From positions 1,376,001 through 1,440,000 of the forward strand of contig CBDCXV010000010.1 of assembly GCA_965223905.1 (NCBI GenBank): a DNA stretch of 64,000 nucleotides, in the 5' to 3' direction. Positions within the stretch are counted from its first letter, which is position 1. Each line of letters opens with the position of its first letter. A program made the position numbers and the translations under genes. Below the pieces are notes generated by a model that was not told the DNA's origin, did no database searches, and saw only the letters and a list, made by a program, of their open reading frames with translations. The stretch comes from Candidatus Latescibacterota bacterium. Lineage in GTDB: Bacteria > Latescibacterota > UBA2968 > UBA8231. Below, piece by piece: positions 9,909 to 20,500 of this stretch.

Positions 9909-11540
9909 TCAGGGCATCACGGTTACGTCGATCTCGTCGATGAGGATATCGCCGGATGCTTCCTCCTCCTGCTTTGTCAGCATTACGGCGAGAGTGTTGT
10001 CTCCGTCGATCATGCCGTCCGGGTCGAGGTCGAAGATGACGGTCGAGTAGGCGGGAAGCGGACGGCCGATGTTGGTCGAGCGACCGCTCTCGTGCCACAT
10101 ACGACGGACGCTGCCTTCGGGGATCCTCGCCCCGTTCATATTGAACGCCAGGTTGTCGCCGGGCCCGAGATTCTGAGCGCGGACGACTGCATAGGCGTAA
10201 CCGATCTCCTCCCACTGCTCGCAGAGGCGGAGGCGGTATTCCTGCCCCACGCCGGGGGTCTCGCGGCTCAGGACGATCTTGTCGTCCTTGATCGCGCCGG
10301 TGGAGGCCATACCCATAGCGCCGTGGTAGTCCACCCCGCCCATCATCGAGCGGAACAGGTAGGTGCGATGGCCCGCCTTCAGGGCATCGGGGTCCCGGAG
10401 CTCTCTGAGCAGGGCCAGCGAGCCGGGGAAGTCTCCCATGAGGTTGCCCGTGTACTGCTCCTGATAGTTGAAGCTCGAAACGCCGTCGGCCCCGGCGCCG
10501 TACATATTGTTGGCGAGGGCGCGGTAGTTGTTCGCCGCCATCGGGCGGAGATAGACCCGCGACTGGAAGGCCATGTGGTCGGCGCTGCCGCTCTTGCCGG
10601 TGTCGGGCTGGAGGGCCCAGGGGACGGTGTCGCTTCGTGCGTCGGTGGCAGAGCAGAACGGCATGACGCCGGGCAACAGGAGGCAGGATGTCCCCTCCGT
10701 GAGACTCGAAAACTCCTCCCATTGCGCATTGTGGTTCGCGTACATGGTGTTGGCCGGACTCACGTAGTCGAGAATACCGGTGGTGATCCACGTGGGAATG
10801 TCGAGTCCGCAGTCGTGGCACTCGTCGACGGTCTCGGGGACGCGAACGCCCAGGATCAGCTCCTTGCCCTTCCTGCGCCCCTCGTCGTCCAGCATGTCGC
10901 GGATGCGCCTGAAGAGCTCGGTCATAAGGTGCTGGCGTTCGCGGGAGATCGAGCGCGGGTACGGGAAGTGGTTGTCGCTGCGGAAGGTTATCTCGATGCC
11001 GTCCACATCGAAGCGGCGGGCGATCTCCTCGATTGCCCCGAAGTGGAAATCGCGCACCTCCTGGAAGGAGAAGTCGAGGGTATTGCCCGGTTTTGCGAGC
11101 GGCCCGGGCTGGACGTCTCTCAGGATGAACTCAGGGTGGTCGAACATCCACTGAGCGCCCTGGGTGGGAGCCCCGTGGTCGTCACCGAACCGGGCGCCGG
11201 CGATGAACCTCATCCCTCGCTCATGGGCGCGTCTGCAGAATATCTCAATCGGATTGATGCCCTGATCGAGCATGGGGATCCAACGCCGGTGCTGGGGACG
11301 TTGGTCGTACTCATAGGTGTCGGAGCGGAAGTAGACCACCCATCCCTGGCCGAAGACCTCCTGGCCGAGGGCGTCGGCCCCACTCAGCGAGAAGTGGTCA
11401 ACGAGCCTTTCTATCTGTTCCGGCGTGGCGGGCTCGCTGATGAAGGGCTCTCTTGCGTGACTCGAAAGGTCGGCCACGAACAGCAGGCGGATGCCGCCCC
11501 TGGGCTTGATCGGTCTCGGTCCCGGAGGTGTTTCAGTCAC
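9909..11540 (-). CDS. GHL10-like TIM-barrel hypothetical glycosyl hydrolase
   Basis: AHERGMRF, HPEF, LDFSFQEVR, RFDVDGIEI, GLDIPTW, GADGVSSFN. Confidence 0.55.
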   Translation of the reverse strand: MTETPPGPRPIKPRGGIRLLFVADLSSHAREPFISEPATPEQIERLVDHFSLSGADALGQEVFGQGWVVYFRSDTYEYDQRPQHRRWIPMLDQGINPIEIFCRRAHERGMRFIAGARFGDDHGAPTQGAQWMFDHPEFILRDVQPGPLAKPGNTLDFSFQEVRDFHFGAIEEIARRFDVDGIEITFRSDNHFPYPRSISRERQHLMTELFRRIRDMLDDEGRRKGKELILGVRVPETVDECHDCGLDIPTWITTGILDYVSPANTMYANHNAQWEEFSSLTEGTSCLLLPGVMPFCSATDARSDTVPWALQPDTGKSGSADHMAFQSRVYLRPMAANNYRALANNMYGAGADGVSSFNYQEQYTGNLMGDFPGSLALLRELRDPDALKAGHRTYLFRSMMGGVDYHGAMGMASTGAIKDDKIVLSRETPGVGQEYRLRLCEQWEEIGYAYAVVRAQNLGPGDNLAFNMNGARIPEGSVRRMWHESGRSTNIGRPLPAYSTVIFDLDPDGMIDGDNTLAVMLTKQEEEASGDILIDEIDVTVMP

Positions 11541-11756
11541 TGGCCGTCACTCCTCTCGATGTCCCTGCACTGGTATCGGTACTATGCCGTTGGCTGAGAA
11601 TTCAACTGAAATGAAGAAGGTGTTTATTTTACGAAACAGACTACCTGCTCTCCTCACCCGATAATGCTGCCCATCTCCGCAAGGCATTAGAGGACTTCAA
11701 CAAGGCCAGCACAATTTTGCTTGGCGCTACCACTGCCAAATCCGGGAGAACCAACC

Positions 11757-12848
11757 GTGAAAACCTGGCGTTTCCATGCCTTCGGCGACATGCGGCTCGA
11801 CGACGTTGAGCTGGCGCCCTGCCCCCCCGACCACGTCCTGGTCGAGCCACTGGTAGTCCAACCCAGCGCGACCGAAGCCCAACTCGCCTTTGGAATTCCG
11901 ACCCTGGCGTACGATCACATCAAGAGCCGATTGGAGACCGACGCGCCGCTCCAGCTTTTCGGCCACGAGTTCTGCGCCCGCATTCTGGAAGTCGGCTCAG
12001 CCGTCACCGGATACGCACCCGGCGACCGCGTGGCCGCCCGCGCCAAGCTGCCCTGCGGCGACTGCGCCATGTGCCGCTCCCAGCACAGCGACGACTGCCG
12101 GCGCGGCCCGATCATCGGCTTCCAACTGCCCGGCTGCTTTGCCGAGCGCGCCCTGCTCCCGGCCATCGCGCTGGTCAAGGTCGATGACCGCATCTCCGAC
12201 AGCGAGGCCGCCACCCTGCAGTCGCTGAGCGACAGCATCGCCGGAGTCGAGACCGCGCAGATCCGGCCGGGCGATTCGGTCGCCGTCTTCGGCCAGGGCA
12301 GCATGGGCATCGAGAGCATGCAGGCCGCGCGCGCCTGCGGAGCGGGCCAGCTCATCACCGTGGACGTGCGGCCCGAGGCCTGCGAAATCTCGCTCGCGCT
12401 GGGGGCCGATCACGCCATCAACGCCAGCGACAACGATCCGGTCGAAGCGATCCGCGACCTGACCGGCGGCGAGGGTGCCGACGTCGTATTCGAGTGCGCC
12501 GGCGGCAGCGTCAAGCTGGGACTGGCCGGCGACCGGGCGCTCAAACAGGCCATGCACGCGGTGCGCTCCGGCGGCAAGCTGGTGGGCGTCTCCTGGTTTG
12601 GGGCACCCCTGGAACTGGATGTGGACCTGATGCGGGAGCGCAGCCTGCGCTACCTCTTCCCGGACATCAGCTCGCAGGCCCATCTGGAGTACACAGTGCG
12701 GTTGGTGGCCTCGGGGCGCATCAGCATGAAACCCACCATCCGGCACGTGTTGGAAGGAATCGACAAGGTGCCAGAGGCATTTGAAATCACGGCGCACAAA
12801 GCCCAGTACCAAGCCATCAATCCCGCGCAGGTCGTGATCGCCACCTAG
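11757..12848 (+). CDS. Zinc-dependent alcohol/sugar dehydrogenase (MDR family)
   Basis: GHE motif, CGDCAMC..C structural Zn site, GQGSMG Rossmann motif. Confidence 0.85.
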   Translation: MKTWRFHAFGDMRLDDVELAPCPPDHVLVEPLVVQPSATEAQLAFGIPTLAYDHIKSRLETDAPLQLFGHEFCARILEVGSAVTGYAPGDRVAARAKLPCGDCAMCRSQHSDDCRRGPIIGFQLPGCFAERALLPAIALVKVDDRISDSEAATLQSLSDSIAGVETAQIRPGDSVAVFGQGSMGIESMQAARACGAGQLITVDVRPEACEISLALGADHAINASDNDPVEAIRDLTGGEGADVVFECAGGSVKLGLAGDRALKQAMHAVRSGGKLVGVSWFGAPLELDVDLMRERSLRYLFPDISSQAHLEYTVRLVASGRISMKPTIRHVLEGIDKVPEAFEITAHKAQYQAINPAQVVIAT

Positions 12849-12983
12849 GGCCCTCGAGGAGATCATCTCCCACAAGCGAGCCCGGAACCCCTGGTGGTAC
12901 GGCCTCGGCGGCCCTGTGATCATCCTGGCCGGGGCGCGCGCCCCGGCTGTAGAAATTTACGCGGACAAGTAACGGGCCCAAAA

Positions 12984-13421
12984 ATGCAAATCACCGACGC
13001 CCAACTCGCTACGTACAAAGAACAAGGCTTTCTTATCGTCCCCGGCGGCTCGGTGTGCCTCTACAGCGTCTTCACCCGCCACGCCGCCTCCGATTTCACT
13101 GCGCCAGCGGGGCATCGCCCGGTCATGTGGGTGGGCTTCACTCGCAAGGACCGGCCTTGGGACGGCGGCCGCACCTTCACGTATAAAAGCGGTGCCCAAG
13201 ATGCCGCCATGAATCGCTTCATGGCTGAGGCCACCCCGCGCCAGCGCGAACTGCTGGGCTTCCCGCCGCCGGGCGACCCGCTGTGGACGGAAGGATTTAT
13301 CGCGGGGATGGCGACGCGGTATCCGGGATTCGACGCGGAACCGTATTACGCGGCGAGAAGAGCTGCACGCCGTGGTCCTACGTCACCGCTCGGTAGAACC
13401 ACTCCACCGGCAGGGCCGTGA
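12984..13421 (+). pseudogene. PhyH-family remnant with large internal deletion
   Basis: N-terminus MQITDAQLATYKEQGFLIV joined directly to the C-terminal PGGSVCLYSVFTRH..R segment; HxD core absent. Confidence 0.55.
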
Positions 13422-13422
13422 G
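13382..13422 (+). repeat. 41-bp direct repeat, copy 2
   Basis: gtcaccgctcggtagaaccactccaccggcagggccgtgag; minus strand reads LTALPVEWFYRAVT-stop. Confidence 0.9.
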
Positions 13423-13450
13423 TAACCCTTCCTGGAGATCTTCTGAGAGG

Positions 13451-14713
13451 ATGTCCTTGTTCGCTGAAATCGCTCGTCACTCCCTCGACCGGGTGCCCTT
13501 GTCGATCATCTTCGACGATTCCACGGTCCTGGTGAACCTCAACTACTTCTTCCTCCGCGACCGCACGATCTCCCGCAAGATGGCAGAGGACCGCCACCGG
13601 CGCTGGGAAGACCTGCCCGTGGTCCATCCCACCTCCTTCACCCGCGAGTTCGCCGAGTGGTGCCTGGCAAATGGTGTGCGCGGCAAGTTCTCGGTGGTGC
13701 CCTGCCCGGCCGCCCTGGGCCGCATCGACGAGGGGCTTCCCCTCTTCAGCAAGGCCCAGCAGGACGAGTGGCTGGCCATGTGCCGCGAGGTCATCGTCCC
13801 CGCCTTCGACATCACGCCGGAGATGCTCACCCACACCTTCGTGGTCGATCCGAAAACCCTGCAGCCCCTCCCCTCTCGAATCTGGGAGCAGTACGAATGG
13901 GCCGCTCTGCCCGAAGACCAGGAGGAGCTGGTCACCGAGTACATCGCCCGGGCCTGCCGCATCCTGGACGCCGTGGGCCTGACGCCCCAGGGGGTGACCT
14001 CACCGGGCGGTTTCGGCGGCCGCACCCTGCCCTTCTACGCCCGCTGCGCGGGAGAGGCAGTGCGCCAGGTCACAGGCAACCCGGTGCCCTACTTCTTTCA
14101 GCGGGTCTCCTCCTCGGAGGCCGCGATCGACACCCCCGTGTGGTACCCCGACCGTCAGGCAGGCAGGGCAACCGGCGAGATCATCGCCTCCACCGGCGAC
14201 TGGACCGGCAGCTGGACGGGGTACGGCGAGGTAGATGCCGACAAGTACATCACTCCCGACCTGGAAGGGGGCCGTCTGCCGGCCCTCATCGACGCGGGCG
14301 AGCCGGCGGTGCTCATCAGCCACTGGCAGGGGTTCTACGGGCTCCACGACGGGGACCGCCGCGGCTTCGAGGCTTTCAAGCAGGTGGTGGGCCGCCTGGC
14401 CGAGCGCGACCCCGGGGGCGAGCGCACTCAGTGGCGCACCTGCAGCCAGATCACCAACTATGCCTGCGCCCGGGAGATGGCCCACGTCTCGGTAGAGGGG
14501 CACGCCGTCCGCCTCGACCTGCCGGTGCAGACCCCGGACCTGACCCTGCGCCTGACAGGTGGAGAGGTGCGGTCGGTTCGAGTGGATGGCCGCCCCCTGG
14601 CGCGGGCCCCGAATCGCGCCGCCTTCGGGAGCGGCACCTTCCTGCCGGAGAACGGGGCGGCCCTAGCCGCCTTCGACCCGGCTCGCCGCCGGGTGCTGGT
14701 GGAAGTGGAGTAG
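13451..14713 (+). CDS. Hypothetical protein, polysaccharide-deacetylase-like fold
   Basis: IIFDD, GKFSVVP, EMLTH, GVTSPG, SHW motifs; RBS GAGAGG before ATG 13451. Confidence 0.55.
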   Translation: MSLFAEIARHSLDRVPLSIIFDDSTVLVNLNYFFLRDRTISRKMAEDRHRRWEDLPVVHPTSFTREFAEWCLANGVRGKFSVVPCPAALGRIDEGLPLFSKAQQDEWLAMCREVIVPAFDITPEMLTHTFVVDPKTLQPLPSRIWEQYEWAALPEDQEELVTEYIARACRILDAVGLTPQGVTSPGGFGGRTLPFYARCAGEAVRQVTGNPVPYFFQRVSSSEAAIDTPVWYPDRQAGRATGEIIASTGDWTGSWTGYGEVDADKYITPDLEGGRLPALIDAGEPAVLISHWQGFYGLHDGDRRGFEAFKQVVGRLAERDPGGERTQWRTCSQITNYACAREMAHVSVEGHAVRLDLPVQTPDLTLRLTGGEVRSVRVDGRPLARAPNRAAFGSGTFLPENGAALAAFDPARRRVLVEVE

Positions 14714-14887
14714 CCGGTACCGGCCGCCCTCAACAGCCCGTTGAAAAACCAGGGAATTTCCCGGATCCCAAACGTCACAAAAGATCACCCGGGTACGGAT
14801 GTCGGCCGCTCTGGCGGAATTGAACGACGGTCCGTCCGAGCGCGTCAACCAAGGGGAGGATTTCCCTGACTGTTTCCGCAGACGGAA

Positions 14888-16048
14888 CTATCTGTCAGCA
14901 GGCTTCCGGCGGAACCGATCATATCTCTCGTCAACAAGAAAATCCTTGAGATATATACGCTGGCCTTCCAGCTGATCGGAGGCATTCGCGCCTAGTACTG
15001 CAGCAAGGCTATTCATGCTGCTCGTGAAGGTACTCCGAAGTTGGCCCGGGTTACCTGCCTCAATCGCGCCGAGAAAAGCGCGACTGATCTGCTCTGTCGG
15101 GTCTACGGGAGGGGCTGTCGGAAGTGGATGGCGCACTGCTTCCTGCGGCGGTGTTTGCGTCGGCGGATACGGTCCATCGTAGTAATAGGCAACCGGGTCA
15201 TCTCCCTCAAACTTCAGATGCCCGTGCGTCCAGAGTATACTCTCATAGCCGTCGCTATAGTAAGTCTGGCGCAGACGGGACAGGATGAGATTGGCGATGC
15301 AGCCGCACTCAAAGCCGTACCTTACGCTATAGGCATACGGATTATCCCCTCCATCAACGATGTCCGACGCATCGCGGTGGACATAATTCGCCTCAACCCA
15401 TGAGATGTCACCGAACCAATACCGCATCAGGTCTGTTTGGTGAATCCCGCCTTCCACAACGGATGCCCCGGACCACTCGTAGTTTGCCGTCCAGACACGA
15501 TTGGCGGGGCCGCCCAACGTTTCGGTTCTGGTATGCTTGCTTGAATGGTCTTCAAGCGCACCATTTCCTATAGTGGTGCTCATAACCGGCTTTTTATCCG
15601 CGAGGAATTCCTTAACGGCTTCATAACGTGAGTCGTAGCGCTGTTGGAATCCCGCCGTGGAGATGACGCCATTTTCCTGTATTGCGCGTTCCATGTCGAT
15701 GGCTTCGTTCAGGTACAGGCTCATCGGCTTCTCGGCAAAAATGTGTATCCCCGCATTCGCCGCTTGGATGATTTCGCCGTTGTGGACTCCGGGAGGAAGC
15801 GCAAAATAGACTGCATCCAACGACCGTTCCGCGAGGGACCCCCCCAAATCTGTCGAGGTATGGATCCCCTTGATGTGAAATCCATTGAGATATCTCTGGA
15901 TTTTCGCCTCTGCGAGATTGTCCTCAAAGGCGTCGATCAACGCTGCAATCTGGACAAGCCCTTCGCCTTGAAGCCGCCACAGGGCGCTCAAGTGCTGAAG
16001 TCCACGTTGTCCGAGACCGAGAATTGCAACGCGAATTGGTTGACTCAT
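14888..16048 (-). CDS. Gfo/Idh/MocA family oxidoreductase
   Basis: ILGLGQRG, AEKPM, GFQQRY, GIHQTD; lower GC than neighbours. Confidence 0.85.
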   Translation of the reverse strand: MSQPIRVAILGLGQRGLQHLSALWRLQGEGLVQIAALIDAFEDNLAEAKIQRYLNGFHIKGIHTSTDLGGSLAERSLDAVYFALPPGVHNGEIIQAANAGIHIFAEKPMSLYLNEAIDMERAIQENGVISTAGFQQRYDSRYEAVKEFLADKKPVMSTTIGNGALEDHSSKHTRTETLGGPANRVWTANYEWSGASVVEGGIHQTDLMRYWFGDISWVEANYVHRDASDIVDGGDNPYAYSVRYGFECGCIANLILSRLRQTYYSDGYESILWTHGHLKFEGDDPVAYYYDGPYPPTQTPPQEAVRHPLPTAPPVDPTEQISRAFLGAIEAGNPGQLRSTFTSSMNSLAAVLGANASDQLEGQRIYLKDFLVDERYDRFRRKPADR

Positions 16049-16385
16049 GAAAATTCCTTAAGGTCTGAACTCCTCCAGTGTCTGTACACGAAGTATTCGT
16101 TTACATAACTGATTCAGTTCATCAACATAGCGCAATGCTTTGAAATTGAAAAATAATCGGGATCGGTCAAGGCGGCGATGATTCTCAGGCGAGCGCCACA
16201 GGCTGCGCATTCGCTGATGTCGCCAGAAAACACGCGGGCGAGCAGGGCCGCTCAGCCCAGGCGATGGGCCAGGTGACCTTGTCGTACGAGCGGGGATCGT
16301 CGCTCTACAGCAAGGAAGCACCGACCGGGCAGTTGCCAAAGGACAAGAAAAGTTGATCCCCATCTATCGACACTTGGGAGGAACC

Positions 16386-17378
16386 ATGCGCCTACTCATC
16401 CTGATTCTCGCCACGGCCCAGCTAGCTGCGGCCGACGTACCCGACTGGCGGCGACCTGTGGCAACTTATTCCATCGTCGCCCGCGACTCCCTGAGCGGAC
16501 AGCTCGGCGTGGCCGTCCAGTCCCACTTTTTTTCCGTTGGCCCCATCGTTTCGTGGGCCCGTCCCGGCGTCGGCGCTGTGGCTACCCAGTCCCTCGTTGA
16601 CCCAGCCTATGGTCCGCTCGGCCTCGAACTGATGGCCATGGGCAAGACGGCTCAGGAGTCGCTCACCGCTCTGCTCGCGGGAGATGCCGACGCTGCGGTG
16701 CGGCAAGTGGCCATGGTCGATGCCGAGGGGAACGTGGCCGTTCACACGGGTGAGCGCGCCATTGCCGCCGCCGGCCACCAGGCCGGTGCCCAGTACAGCG
16801 TTCAGGCGAACCTGATGGACCAAGGCAGCGTGTGGCCGGCCATGGCGAACGCCTACGAAAATGCCGAGGGCGATCTGGCCGAGCGGCTGCTCGTGGCCCT
16901 GGAAGCCGCCGAGGCCGAGGGAGGCGACCTGCGCGGCCGGCAGTCGGCGGCTATCCTCGTGGTCTCAGCCGAGGATACGGGCCGGCCGTGGGTTGACCGC
17001 GTGTTCGACCTGCGCGTGGAAGATCATCCCGAGCCAGTGGAAGAACTGCGCCGCCTGGTGCGTCTGGCGCGCGCCTACCACAAGCTCAACGAGGGCGACG
17101 AACTGGTGACCGCAGGGGACATGGAGGCAGCCATGGATGCCTACCGCGCCGCGACCGAACTGGTGCCCGATGAGGCAACGGGGGGCGAGGCTCCGTTCTG
17201 GGTGGGTGTGACCCTGGCTTCCGAGGGACGCGAGAAGGAAGCTGTGCCCTACCTGCAACGGGCGCAGGTACAGAACGACCGCTGGGCCGAACTACTGCGG
17301 CGTTTGCCGGCCTCTGGTCTGATGCCAGCCGACGATGAGCTCATAGACCGTCTTGCTGCGGCTATGATCGGGGAGTGA
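16386..17378 (+). CDS. DUF1028 (Ntn-hydrolase-like) secreted protein with C-terminal TPR
   Basis: Signal peptide; TYSIVARD..GQLGVAVQS; GGDLRGRQSAA; DLRVEDHPEP. Confidence 0.85.
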   Translation: MRLLILILATAQLAAADVPDWRRPVATYSIVARDSLSGQLGVAVQSHFFSVGPIVSWARPGVGAVATQSLVDPAYGPLGLELMAMGKTAQESLTALLAGDADAAVRQVAMVDAEGNVAVHTGERAIAAAGHQAGAQYSVQANLMDQGSVWPAMANAYENAEGDLAERLLVALEAAEAEGGDLRGRQSAAILVVSAEDTGRPWVDRVFDLRVEDHPEPVEELRRLVRLARAYHKLNEGDELVTAGDMEAAMDAYRAATELVPDEATGGEAPFWVGVTLASEGREKEAVPYLQRAQVQNDRWAELLRRLPASGLMPADDELIDRLAAAMIGE

Positions 17379-17490
17379 CGATTCTGGATGGCGAAATGGC
17401 GGATGCATTTCTCGATCCGCAACCGCTAGGGGAGGTCGCCCCCTGGACATGGCCGCGAGGGCTGTCGCTACCTGACCGGAAAGATCGGTA

Positions 17491-17542
17491 TATAGCACAT
17501 GCTATAATACATTTGACAAATCAAACCACCATGGAGTACAAT
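17491..17542 (+). promoter_or_regulatory. Palindromic operator overlapping sigma70-type promoter(s) of the defence operon
   Basis: TATAGCA-ca-TGCTATA (17491-17506) containing extended -10 TGcTATAAT; TTGACA (17513) -18 bp- TACAAT (17537). Confidence 0.7.
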
Positions 17543-17582
17543 CTGGCGTAACCGAATCTACCGCAGAAGGATAGAAGGCAGA

Positions 17583-20500
17583 ATGTCACCCCCTCTAACG
17601 GACGGACCCCCCGGAGATTACCCCCGCAGGATCAAGAACATCCGGGGGCTCCGGGGTCTGACCCAGACGCAGTTCGCGGAGCTCGTCGGCGTCTCCTTTG
17701 CCTCCGTCAACCGCTGGGAAAATGGACAGTCCCGCCCCAACAGCCTGGCTTGGCGGCGCGTGGTCGAATTGGAGAACCTGCCGGCAGAAGGGGCGGATCA
17801 GCCCTCGGCCGATGAAGGTCCAACCGGGCCCCCGAGCATGGACTTCTCCGCCGATCCGGAGGCGGTCTCGGCCGTCGCCGAGGCGCACCGCCTCGCCAGC
17901 GGCCATCTCTTCAATCCCGCCTTCGCCACCGAGACATCGCTGATCGACCCGCTCCCGCATCAGCGCATAGCCGTGTACCAGCGGATGCTCCAGCAGTCCC
18001 CGCTGCGATTCCTGCTGGCCGACGACGCCGGCGCCGGCAAGACGATCATGACCGGTCTGTACGTGCGCGAGATGCTGTCCCGCCGGCTCCTGCGGCGCGT
18101 GCTCGTCGTGCCCCCGGCCGGCCTGGTCGGCAACTGGGAGCGGGAGATGCGCACCCTCTTCCGCCTGCCCTTCCGTATCGTCGGCGGCACCGAGGCGCGC
18201 GCCGGCAACCCCTTCCTCGGCCCGGAGAGCGACCTCGTCATCGTCAGCGTCGACACCCTGGCCGGGGAGCGCATGTTCGGCCACCTCAAGGACCCGCAGA
18301 CCGACCCCTACGACCTCGTCGTCTTCGACGAGGCTCACAAGCTGTCGGCGGACCGTCAGCCGGACTTCCGGGTGCGCAAGACGGGCCGCTACAGGCTGGC
18401 CGAGGCCCTGGCCGGCGCCGAGTCCGACGACAAGGATCGGTGGGAGCTCCCTTGGTCCGCGCAGCACCTGCTGCTGCTGACGGCCACTCCGCACATGGGC
18501 AAGGACCACCCCTACTACTACCTGTGGCGCCTGCTGCTGCCGGACGCCCTCTCCACCTGTGACGCCTTCGAGGAGTTCCCCCCCGACTCCCGGCTGCGGC
18601 ACTTCGTCCGCCGCACCAAGGAGGAGATGGTCCACTTCGACCACCGGCCGCTCTACCCGCAGCGCAACTGCGACACCCTGAGCTACGAGCTGTCGCAGGG
18701 GCCGGGCGGCGAGCAGGAGCTGTACGACGAGACCACCGAGTACATGCGCTATCACTACAACTGGGCCAAGGCGCTCAACCGTTCCGCCGCCCGCCTGGCC
18801 ATGAGCGTCTTTCAGCGCCGCCTGGCCAGCTCCACCTATGCCCTCCTGCGCTCCTTCGAGCGCCGCATCGAGAAGCTGGAGAACCTCATCGACGACATCC
18901 GCAGCGGGCGCCTCAGCGAAGAGCAGTTGGCGAGGCGGCAACAACGCCTCGGCCGGCTCGACGACCTCTTCGAGACGAGCACCGCCGACGAGGAGGCGGC
19001 CAGTGAGGATGGGGAGCAGCACGAGGAGTTCGAGAGCCAGGCCCTCGAGGGCACGGTGGCGGTCACCCTCGCGGAGCTGGAGGCGGAGCGTGCAAAGGTC
19101 GCCGGGTTGCTCGAGAAGGCGCAGAAGCTCTTTGACGCCGGCGAGGAGTCCAAGTTCGAGAAACTGCGGGAAGTGCTCGGGGCGCAGCAGTACCGCGACG
19201 AGAAGCTCATCATCTTCACCGAGCACCGGGATACAGCGGCATTCCTGGTGCGCCGCCTCGAAGGTCTCGGCTACACCGGCCGCGTCGCCCTGATCCACGG
19301 CGGACTGGCCTACCCGGAGCGCGAGCGCCAGGTCGAGCTGTTCCGCCGGCCGGCCGACCAGGGCGGGGCCACCTACCTGGTAGCCACCGACGCCGCCGGG
19401 GAAGGGATCAACCTGCAGTTCTGCTGGCTCATGGTGAACTACGACATCCCATGGAATCCGGCCCGCCTCGAGCAGCGCATGGGGCGCATCCACCGCTACG
19501 GCCAGAAGCACGATCCCGTGGTCATCGTCAACCTCGTCTCCGCCGGCACGCGCGAGGGACGGGTGCTCAAGACGCTGCTCGACAAGCTGGAAGCGATCCG
19601 CCAACAGCTCAGCTCGGACAAGGTCTTCGACGTGGTGGGCCGTCTCTTCGAGGGGCTGTCCGTCCGGGACTACCTGGAGCAGGCGGTGACCGGTGAGGAC
19701 GGCGGCCAGGCCGCAGCCAGTCAGATGGAAGGCCACCTCACGGAAGAGCAGGTCCTGGCCCTGGCGGCAAGAGAGCGCTCCCTCTACGGGGACGGCGGCG
19801 AGGTGCGCAACCGGCTGGACGATCTCAACGAGGAGATGGAGCAGGAGAACTACCGCCGGCTGCTGCCCGGGTACGTGCGCCGTTTCGTCGAGAGATCGGC
19901 GCCGCTCCTCGACCTGCGCCTCGAAGGGGATCCGGGCGGCGCCTTCAACCTGATGCCGGACCGGCCCCGCGCGGCCGACCCTCTGTTGCCCGCCCTCGAA
20001 GCCTATCCGGAGGAGGCGAGGAAGCGGCTGACCGTGTACAAACCCGAGAGCCGCGAAGAGGCGATCTGGCTGCACCCCGGGGAGCCGGTCTTCGACAGCC
20101 TCTCGGCCGCGGTGCGGGAACGTCTCGGAGCCGAAGGGCTGCGCGGAGCATTGTTCAGCGACCCCTATGCGACTGAGGCTTACCTGTTTCACATCGCGCG
20201 GGTCAGTGTCCAGCAGCAACCTCCCTTGGACGCCCGCGGCCAGGCTGACGGGGAACCGCAATTGGTCGAGTCGCGCCTCGTCGGGCTTCGCCAGACCAGC
20301 GATGGCTCAGTGAAGGAGTGCCCCGTCGAGCACCTGCTTCTGCTGCGCGGAGCCGGCGGCATCGCCCCCGGCGGGGTACCCCTGGCCACCCTGGCGCGGG
20401 GCATCGCCGGAGAGGCCGCATATTTCCTTGAGGAAGAAGTGAGCGAGCAGATGGTGCAGGCGCACCGGCAACGCCGCCTGGACGATCTGCCCGGGCGCCT

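Noticed and set aside
12928-12947. Perfect 20-bp GC palindrome gccggggcgcgcgccccggc
   Set aside because: Single copy seen, no U-tract; function unsupported
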